Shown here: positions 54,801-64,000 of the stretch, piece after piece
Position numbering within the stretch: position 1 is the stretch's first letter
Layout: each line of letters starts with the position of its first letter
Assembly: GCA_043228905.1 (NCBI GenBank)
Contig: JBHGNT010000012.1
Location: 19,964,001 to 20,028,000 of the forward strand
Source of the DNA: Azolla caroliniana
Taxonomy: Eukaryota > Plantae > Polypodiophyta
Direction: 5' to 3'
Length of the DNA: 64,000 nucleotides
The notes under the pieces: model-generated
Database searches by the model: none
What the model saw: the letters and a program-made list of their open reading frames with translations, nothing else
Told to the model about the DNA's origin: nothing
Translations under genes and position numbers: made by a program

Positions 54801-57800
54801 ATGTTGGCAGCGTGAAGTAACTCGGGGCACTTATACGCATAAACAAGCGAGAGCAACCTTTCAATGCCGCGTAAGGAAGAAGAAGAGGTTGTATTTAGCT
54901 AAATTTGAAGATAATTTGTATCGCTTGTTTCTAGGACAAGAAAGTAAAAGAGCATGGAAAATGTTTAATGAGAGGAAACCTACCACACCAGTGACCTCAC
55001 ATCAGGTGGCATGAATGTGCAAAGGTCCTATATGATATCCCACGGCAACCTCCTCTCCCCCAACCACATGGTTCTGGCCCACATGAATCCACCTTTCTTA
55101 CTGCGCAAAATGTAAGGAATGCCATTGATCAGTTACAATTTGGGAAGGCCCAAGATCATGATGGATTGGTTGGTGAGGTCTTTATCTATGCCCATGACAC
55201 CTTGCTCCCAATGCTAGCACACATCTTTAATAGAGCCATGTGTGTAGGTTTCCCTACTAGATGGATAGAACATACCATTGTGCCAATCCTCAAGAGTGGA
55301 GACCCAATGATGCCAAGCAACTATAGGACAATCATGATTGGTCACTACTTGGCTAAACTATAAGGCTCAATTCCAATTCTAGAATCAGAATTGAGTATAT
55401 GGGCAAGGCAGAATGGCTGCCGTTCTACTGGACAGGCAGGCTTTCGGAAGGGTTTCACAACTTTGGATCACATATTCCCTCCATGCCCTTATCGAGGAGG
55501 GCAAAGCCCATAATAAGAGGATTTATCGCTGCTTTCTGGATTTCCGAAAAGCCTTTGACACTGTCACATGTTTGGCTTATGCAATGGCTAGAAGCCCTTG
55601 GTGTTCCTACAGATATGCAATGGGGAATCCATGCACTCTATGAATCTGTGTCAAGAAAAGTGCGGTCTCCCAAGGATATGTAAAAGACAGTGGCCAGCAC
55701 AATTGGAGTGAAGCAAGGGTGCTCACTATCACCCACTCTATTCGGTCTCTATATAGATGAGGCATCACATTACATAGAAAGATTCGAGGTTCGGGTGCAT
55801 ACCTAGCAGGTATAGCTATACAAATATTACTATATGTTGATGATATTGTGCTGATTTCTTACTCTCCAGAGGGACTATAAAGACATCTCAATATATTAAA
55901 ACTATTTTGTACTGACAAAGGTCTGTCAATAAACATGGATAAAACCAAAGTGATGGCGTTCATCACCACTCAAGCATGGGTAACTAGATCAGAACCAGAA
56001 TTATTCTTGGGCGAGGAAAAGGTGGAATACACACGCTCCTACACATACCTAGGAGTAACATTTACAGGGCCTAGGTTCTCCGTATGGGAGGCTGCTTGTG
56101 CCCGACTTTCTCGTGGATATGCAACCCTTGGTGCTCTCAAGAGACAATGTGCACATTTGCAGTTCCAAGGGCCACGAACTAAGTTGTGGTTATTTGATAC
56201 ACTTGTCACACCAACTCTTCTCTATGGAGTAGAAACGTGGGAACCGAGTCTTAACAAGGTGAATCATTGGAAAGATTTAAAGAGATCACATAGTGTCAAT
56301 GATTGCCCACATGATATAATCCAAGCAAAGATGGGAGACACAAGTTACAATATATCTAACTTGAGAATCTCACATGTGCCAAAAACCAGATTCCCTTATC
56401 TATTTTTATCTTATTTACTTTTATATTTACTGAGTAATACTTATTCTATTTTGATTTGTTGTTCTCAAAGACGAGACAACACTTAAGATGTAATCTCTTG
56501 TTTGGTCTTATAGGCCATTTTGGCCTCTTAAAAGACGTTAATATATCTTTCTTTCTTTCTCCTCACATAGCAGCCCATTCCCTTAGTGTTTTGGATCTAA
56601 CCATGCCATCACATCATCTCTCTTTCAATTGGTATAAGAGAGACAGTTTCATCATGACAAATTTCTGTCTCATCAGGTGATTCTGCAATCTATCCAATAA
56701 AAATGCCAGAATGTATGCAATTGCATCTCACTACCACCATAAGCTTGGCTCTCGGAAAGCCTTGACACTTCTTTGAACTCACTCACACAAGGTAAGTGTT
56801 CAGGTAGCATCGCAAAATCATCATGCAAACATGAAGATATACAATGAAAATCTAGAGGAGGATGAATATCACTTACTTATTGCATACTCAGCAAGTAAGG
56901 TAAGAAATACAATGATCGTTAGATGGGCATGATAATGAGAGTGTCATACTCAAATTTCCACCAAGAAGGGTGAGCACATATGTGCACCCATTATTTTCAA
57001 ATTTGAAAGATTTGTACCATAGAGTAGTACCCCCCTTCTTAGGAAGGAGTCACATACAAGATGATATGATGATTTGTTCCCACAAGTCAAAATTGGCCTC
57101 ATCATGGACAATAAAGTATCTATTCTACATATGGCAACTAGGTAGTTCAGGGCACAATTTAATTTTGCTTCATTTTTACCAGAGATTTTCACATGGGAAT
57201 ATTTTATGGTTCTATAGGTCATTTTGAACTTTGAAGACATAAATACGACAATTATATTGACGATATGGATACCACCTTTCTATGCCCTAAATGTTCATAT
57301 TATATAGAACTGCATTTTCAATGAGATATAATGAGGAAAATGTATGGCTACTAATATGGAAAGAAAATAGTAGGGCTATTAATATGGTCAGGAAAGAATG
57401 CACCTATTAAATCAAGGAAGCCTCAGAGTGGTGCATGTAAGATTAAGCAGCATACGAGGAACAATCCCCTAAGGTCAATAAAGGAGCAACTGCCTGACAA
57501 GATGAACACAAGAAACTGAAAAAAAAGGGGATGTGTGGGCATCGCTGCATGCATTTATGGGGACAGATAGTGGAAGTGGATCAAGGACTGTCCACCTGCC
57601 AGACAAAGGTCCTCACATTAAAGCAGATATTTGTGAACTGATTTTTGGCAGGGGTCTTTTCAGCATTCTTTCATCACAGGAGGACCCAAGACCCTATAAA
57701 AAGGAAAATGCAATCGAAGCTTCAAGAAGAGAAGATTAAAGGTCATGCTTGAATAAGCACGATCCTCTGTAGATAAGATAGAGTAAGAGGCTGACAGCAT

Positions 57801-60800
57801 GTTTGAATAGAGAATGAATCTTTGTACATAGGAGAGAGGAGTGAAGGGTTGCAATGCATGCATATGTAATTGAGATCTGTTACCAGCTCAATAAGTACAT
57901 GAACTTTGGGTAAAGAACATGGCCCTGTATGAAATATTTTGCATTGAGAACCTGTCTTGTGCTATTCAACATATTTCTTCAATGTTGAGACAACATGTGG
58001 GTGACGATCAAACCATAGGTATTGAACTGCAACCACATTTAACCAGTGGCCTGTTCTTGTCAGTTTTCTGCAATAAGGACCACGCCAAGCTCTGCCAGGA
58101 CTAGGAGCAAAAATAGAAGTTTGCCACCTGACTTACTCTCTTATTCCCAAAGAATCTATCACTCTGAATCACATGATCATTTGGTATTGAAAGTAAAAAA
58201 CAATGAATAATTATAAAGAAAAGCATAAGTACTTTCTTTGGGAGGATGATATTCATTTATTGCCATCATTAGAAACTCCTACCTGTTCTTAGTTTCATCT
58301 CCATCCTTGGAAGAGCTTTGTCTTCTCACAAATTTTGAACCATGTGCACTTCGCCCATCATACTGTATGGTCAAAACTAAACAATCAAACTGCTTTATTT
58401 AATGCAAACAGCCTAAGAGACATATACATATTATAGGAGATATGGAAGATGAACCTTAATTCCTCCCTTGAAAAAATGATGATACACTATCTGAGACAGG
58501 TCCAATACCTACAATATAACATCAAAATATGCTTTGTCATAGAAAAATCATGGACTTCTGGTTCATAACATCAGTCACAAGCTCGCATTGCTTTTATCTG
58601 TTTCCTTGAAGGTTTAACAAGAAATATCATATACATTATTCATATTCTTTTTTCAGGTAAGGTAGGATCTGCATATATTTCAGAAGTCTCCAATGTATAA
58701 CTTCAATATCTATACAAAAAAAAGTGAATTGGAGTATTGGAAAGTTGTGGCATACTTCGACCCATTCACACTGGAATTCGGTATGTGGGGCATGGTAAAG
58801 TTTTACATGGAAGTCCTTTGTGCAGACTGCTAGCATGCAACTGTCACAAAGAGAAAAATGTTTTCTACATATCCTGTTCAAAACACTCAATTTTTTGGAA
58901 TATCAAACATGGGGTTGGCCCTTCCATAGCAGCAATAATCTTCTGTCCAGACTATATATATATATATATATATGTTATTTCATACCACGATACCAAAAAG
59001 AAAAACATACCCTCCAGTTGGCGAAAATCCCTGGGGAGACCAATCCATACTACGAACCATAGCTTTTGTGTCTCTTGACAAACAAATTGGCAGAAGACAA
59101 GGTGCCTGTAAATCTAATCATATATTTTGTTAAATTAGACTTTTAGAACGTTAAATCATCGAAGGAGTGATTTTAATTTGTAATTCAACACCAATTCTAA
59201 CAGACAGATCGGATTGTTCAAGAAGTATGCCAATCAGCTCTAGCTTGCAAGTCTCCACATGAACGCATGCCATGTAAAGGCATAGGTCAAATCTTGCAAT
59301 GCAAATTCTTTTAGAGGCAAAGCAATCTTTTATGCGTATGCTAAAGTATGTGCAAATATGGGTCATCATTCCTTTGTTGCTATAATGTGAATGCTAACAT
59401 AATTTCTCCCATGAGATCCTCTTTAAGCATTTCATATTGTTAATGAAAAAGCAATATACTTGAAGCAATTTGAAGGTGGTCACTTAGAGGAGACAGCATG
59501 TTCTAGTACTTTCTTTTGAATTGTAAAATATTGCTGATGCTGAAACATGTTTAATGCATGTTATCCTCATTGTTACTGAATCTTTTGAACTGTCTTGTGT
59601 AGTATGGCGGTACATGTTTGTCGATTCAATTTTGACCATAAGATGTGTGTCTTGACAAATGTGATCCTGTTTCCTCTTTCTGGAATAACATATCTAGCTG
59701 AGTTCTCTGCGAGTGTTCTTTTCGAAGAACACTATAGAAAGCAGTTCTGTCTTGGTAATGACAAAAACCAACTGAATATCTAGTTGTTAGTTGCATCGAT
59801 CTATTTTCTGTGGATCTTAACATTGTAATATTCTTTGGCTGTGATTGTGAGATTATCTAGTACATTTTGTCTAGGCCTTGGCCCTTGACTTTCTTGTGTA
59901 CATGTAGTGTTGTAATTGACATATGTGCCACATCTCACATGAATTTTAATATAAGTATAATCCATCTACTGACAAATTATCCACCTTCCTGCAGGAAGTC
60001 GTTCATCACTTTACAAACTATTTTTCATTACAAATTTAAACATGCTTCCTGGCTAACCGGTTGCATGGATGCAGCTTTTACATGGCCAACATTTTGGGCT
60101 CTACGAAGAATCAGAAATATCACAGCTATATTCACTACTATAAAATGAGTTCCAAGTACAGACTCATAATCCTAGTTTCAAGTTTCCATTGAAGCAATAT
60201 TTACCTCTTACTGTTCATATGATATTGAAATTTATATCTATGCTCTTTCCGTGATTTTTATTTGATCAAAAGGATGTTGTGACTTTTGTCTATAGGCCTA
60301 TGGAGGAGTTCACTTTATTTCAAAAGTTTCAATTACTCACAATGCACCATGGCTACCCACATTGATGCACATAATTATGCATGTATCATTGAAAACATTA
60401 TTAACTTCAATGCATCCAAGTGTACTAACCTATTGGTTTAATTCTTCCAACCTTAAAGGGCTGTTCCAACGAGGCACTCACAGATCCACGAGGACCTTCA
60501 ATAAAAGCTGGATTCTGTAGAGGGAACCCATTAAGTTAAAACCAAGCACAATAAAAGGCTGAATACTTAATAGAAAAATATAATTGTATGCATAACCTTC
60601 TTCAGTTTGATTGGTGAAAGCTAGTTTGCTAAATTGTACAATACATTACATGTACGGTGTATTTAAGGCATTCTCTACGATATCATAAATACAGGAGAAC
60701 GAAATACAATCACAGAGTTGACACAACTCAAGAAAATTACAATTGAATAGTCTAAATTGTTACGATAAATTAGGAGGAAAAAAAAGAGAAGAGTGGAGAA

Positions 60801-63666
60801 AGAGGAGAGATGTGAAATTTGAAGCAAGAATAAGACTTGAGGAAAAAGAACAGAAAGAGAGCTGTAGAAACAAATGTGAGGATGAGACAAGATGTAGCAA
60901 AAGTCAATTTGGTAAATAAAGTAAAACAAACTTGGGGATGTAGTAAACAAAACAAGTATTTTCTTACTTTTCTTTTCACCTTAAATAATTCGAAACTGGG
61001 ATCATTAGTTGATTCTCCAGAAAAAAACTGATCATCTTTATGCATAATACTGCCATATAAACATACCATACTTTGCGGTAGTATGGTGCATGGAAATAAC
61101 CCTACATGGAAGATCCTGGTAACTTTGGACACAACATAGTCATATTTCAGAAAATGACTACACTTCAGCACATGCATTTGTTGCCTATTTTGCAATCAAT
61201 TACTAAAAGGATTTATTGTATTTCATTAGGACTATTTAACCTTTGTATAAAGCAATAAATACTTTATATTTGAGCAATTAAAATTTGTACAGTGCATGTT
61301 ACATTTTTTTACTCATATTTCTTGTATTTTTCCACATTATTAGTTCATTATAAAGCTATGGGTGAGGAGTCCAACTGTGGGTGGAGGACATCTGAACTCA
61401 AACTTTTGCTGTCTTACAAAATGAGGTTTCTGTATTAATTTGGTTCCTCTCCAAATATTCCAAAACTACCCAAGAATATCATCTCCAAGTGGATCAGCCA
61501 AACAGAGCCATAATAGTGAGCATCATATACAACATCCTCCCGCAATATGTCTCCTACAATGTACATTGTGAAGACACAGAATCATTGTTCAAATGTTCAG
61601 CTCATATGAAACTCCATGTTGTGGAAATTCTTGTTCCACCTGTGGAATGCAGCTTATGTACACAACAACATGCTATTGGCCAGTATATTGTAGCCCTTTT
61701 GAATGTCATGGTCAAGCCTCTACTCATAACCCCTGATTAACCTGTTGGTTGGCATTGTATTCAACCTCTTCAAATTCATGTGTCATAATTTTTATTAATC
61801 GAGCCCCTTGTATGTCATTACAAACCAGTCACTATCCTTTAAATAGCAAACTTGTCCCAATGGCTCATTTGGCGTCTAGTACAAGCAGAGGCAAAAAGAT
61901 AACCCTTTCCCTTTCTTCAGCACCGAAGCTATACTTGCAGAATATTTCACCAAATTAATTTCTTCTGACCTTGTCCAACAGAGTAACATGGCATTGTATT
62001 CAACCTCTCTCCAAAGTCCTGTACCATAAGCCACCATATCCATTTTTATTAACTGAGACCCCTTGTATGGGTCATCACAAACCAACCTCTATCCACTATA
62101 TATTCCCGATGACCAACCAATACAAACCAACCAATACTTTGCAGCAGCCAAGATGGCTAGTAGATCGCTATGGACTTCTGGACAAGCATATGTGTAACTA
62201 TATCATAAAATTCAGGCTAGAGATAGGTCACTATGTAGAATGACTGAAAGCAGCAGGAGATAGGAAAGCTAGTATGTTGGTTTGTACCTCAAGAACTCAA
62301 AAATAATTTGGAAATGAGGTATTAGTTCACTATTCTCCATATGTGCAAAAACTCAATTGAACGAAGACAATGTGGCATCTTCAGACAACCAGCTGTCATC
62401 AAGACTCCGCGTGTTTTTTTTTTGTTTGAACATATGATTCCGCATATTCCAATTGAACCATAGCCCCCAATACCTCAAGAACTCAAAAATAATTTGGAAA
62501 TGAGGTATTGGTTCACTATTCTCCATATGTGCAAAAACTCAATTGAATGAAGACAATGTGGTATCTTCAGACAACCAGCTGTCATCAAGACTCAGTGCGT
62601 TTTTTTTTGTTTGAACATATGATTCCGCATATTCCTATTGAACCATAGCCCTCAATACCTCAAGAACTCAAAAATAATTTGGAAATGAGGCATTGGTTCA
62701 CTATTCTCCATATGTGCAAAAACTCAATTGAACGAAGACAATGTGGCGGCATCTTCAGACAACCAGCTGTCATCAAGACTCAGCGTGTGTTTTTTTGTTT
62801 GAACATATGATTCCACATATTCCTATTGAACCATAGCCCTCAATACCTCAAGAACTCAAAAATAATTTGGAAATGAGGCATTGGTTCACTATTCTCCATA
62901 TGTGCAAAAACTCAATTGAACGAAGACAATGTGGCGGCATCTTCAGACAACCAGCTGTCATCAAGACTCAGCATGTTTTTTTTGTTTGAACATATGATTC
63001 CGCATATTCCTAATGAACCATAGCCCTCAATCAAGAACTCAAAAATAATTTGGAAATGAGTCATTGTTTCACTATTCTCCATATGTGCAAAAACTCAATT
63101 GAACGAAGACAATGTGGCATCTTCAGACAACCACCTGTGATCAAGACTCACCGTGTTTTTTTTTTTGTTTGAACATAAGTACATGAAGCCCAAATTCCCT
63201 AATTGTAAGAGGAAACGTAAGGACTACGTATACTGGAGAGAAAGAAAGAAAATGGAAATCTTACCAAGATAGTGATGAGTTGAGAGGTAGCCACAGCGAT
63301 GAGGTTGTCCTCCGACCACTTGATGGCGTTAGGGTAAGAAGCAGCACCGACGAGATGAGCAGAGAAAGCAGCGAGGGGACCTCCGGCGTCATCGTCTTCT
63401 TCTTCCACGGTCCGGTCTTCCTTCAAAGAAACGCGAAGTTCTCCTTCGCCGTCCACCTCGTCCTCTTCTTCTTCCTCTTTTTCTTCTTCATCTGCAACTG
63501 CATCTGCATCTCCATCTGCATATCCTTCTGCCTCTTCTTCTTCATCGTTTTCTTCTTCTTCGGCCCGCGCGCAAAAGCTATCAATTCCGGGTCCGCCATG
63601 GCCGCGTCTGCGTCTGCGGCTGCGGCTGCTCTCGCTTTCGTCTGATTGTCGACGCTTTGGCGCCAT
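45862..63666 (-). CDS. Transcription factor IIIC subunit delta/90-kDa-like (GTF3C4/Tfc8-type; WD40 plus C-terminal Zn finger), 17 exons, about 1037 aa
   Basis: Phase-consistent exons: 63666-63265, 60514-60430, 59113-59011, 58840-58756, 58508-58455, 58362-58283, 49909-49866, 49390-49263, 49179-48620, 48182-48095, 47984-47808, 47648-47595, 47503-47399, 47335-47267, 47189-47143, 46969-46298, 46222-45862 (3114 nt). Motifs: [36 protein letters not shown]...[30 protein letters not shown]...YSCSQDN, CYVC...[12 protein letters not shown]...CNCC...[10 protein letters not shown]. These resemble Arabidopsis AT3G49400-type proteins (from memory). Small exons 5-8 are less certain. Confidence 0.88.
50320..51250 (+). 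mobile_element. Degenerate RTE-type LINE RT fragments (partly duplicated) in TFIIIC-subunit intron 6
   Basis: '[16 protein letters not shown]', 'IGVKPG', '[11 protein letters not shown]'; clearly related to 55590-56250. Confidence 0.75.
51259..52493 (+). mobile_element. Copia RT fragment fused directly to an LTR (about 52014-52493)
   Basis: 'NHTWELVP', '[10 protein letters not shown]...[24 protein letters not shown]', '[19 protein letters not shown]', then a TGTTGG...TAACA LTR-like segment containing TATAAAT. Confidence 0.85.
53230..56390 (+). mobile_element. Near full-length degenerate RTE/RTEX-like LINE (ORF1 C-part; ORF2 with APE endonuclease and RT), antisense in intron 6
   Basis: ORF1-like '[12 protein letters not shown]' ends at 53729; ORF2 starts at 53736. 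Motifs: 'WNCSG..ETH..GGVAVL', '[10 protein letters not shown]', 'STINYL', 'ADH', 'PSNYRTI', '[11 protein letters not shown]', '[13 protein letters not shown]', 'LLYVDD', 'YTYLGV'. Confidence 0.88.
62285..63177. repeat. About 186-bp tandem satellite, about 4.8 near-identical copies, in intron 1 of the TFIIIC-subunit gene
   Basis: Units beginning (TACC)TCAAGAACTCAAAAATAATTTGGAAATGAG at 62285, 62471, 62656, 62844 and about 63031. Confidence 0.95.
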
Positions 63667-63674
63667 GGAAGCTC

Positions 63675-63675
63675 G

Positions 63676-63751
<76 letters not shown>

Positions 63752-63778
63752 GTCTCTCTCTGTCTCTCTCTGTCTCTC
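63675..63778. repeat. (GA)n/(GACA)n microsatellite immediately upstream of the TFIIIC-subunit ATG (likely 5' UTR)
   Basis: Read directly as CT/CTGT repeats on the plus strand. Confidence 0.9.
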
Positions 63779-63791
63779 GTTCCACAGGTCG

Positions 63792-63806
63792 CAGGTTCGA
63801 ATCCTG
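63792..63806 (+). promoter_or_regulatory. Isolated RNA polymerase III B-box (TFIIIC-binding consensus) in a tRNA T-arm-like stem-loop
   Basis: CAGG-TTCGAAT-CCTG, with GGTTCGAATCC at 63794-63804 matching GGTTCGANTCC exactly. No A-box or tRNA 5' half upstream. Confidence 0.65.
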
Positions 63807-64000
63807 AATGTGTACACTACTAATACTTGTGTGTCTCTTTAGTTAAAGAGTTAAATTTAGGAATCCTCCTCCATATCAAATTGGCCCCCCTTCTTCATCT
63901 TTTTTATCACTGTTTTTAGAGCTTCTTCCTCCTGTAGACCTACCCTATATTTGACCTCCCGAAGACGATAATAAAATCTACCTATCCATGCATTGGCCCA

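Noticed and set aside
59230-59830. Intronic C/D snoRNA candidates (TGATGA/CTGA motifs)
   Set aside because: No terminal stems or recognisable rRNA-antisense elements; such motifs are expected by chance.
62285-63177. CRISPR-like array
   Set aside because: Whole units repeat with no unique spacers, and the context is a eukaryotic intron, so it is a satellite.
63740-63830. Complete tRNA gene around the B-box
   Set aside because: No acceptor stem, D-arm/A-box or anticodon arm; the upstream sequence is microsatellite.

Overview
Eukaryotic land-plant nuclear DNA. Intron size, repeat content and protein style suggest a fern or other non-seed plant (inference). I rebuilt four intron-containing genes by hand from splice sites and reading phase: (1) the 5' seven exons of RAD51C on the minus strand, continuing off the left edge; (2) a complete ubiquitin-activating enzyme E1 (UBA1-like, about 1047 aa) on the plus strand, divergent from RAD51C; (3) an S40/DUF584 senescence-regulator gene on the minus strand; (4) a 17-exon WD40 plus C-terminal Zn-finger TFIIIC subunit gene (GTF3C4/TFIIIC90/Tfc8-like, about 1037 aa) on the minus strand. 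The rest is degenerate Ty1/copia elements, a solo LTR, L1- and RTE-type LINEs, a hAT-type MITE family with 8-bp TSDs, and micro/minisatellites. The most interesting observation is a perfect isolated Pol III B-box (GGTTCGAATCC, the TFIIIC binding site) in a tRNA T-arm-like stem about 130 bp upstream of the TFIIIC-subunit start codon, with no A-box or tRNA gene. This is a candidate TFIIIC autoregulatory site like the yeast TFC6/ETC6 arrangement. All calls are from manual reading; no database searches were run.
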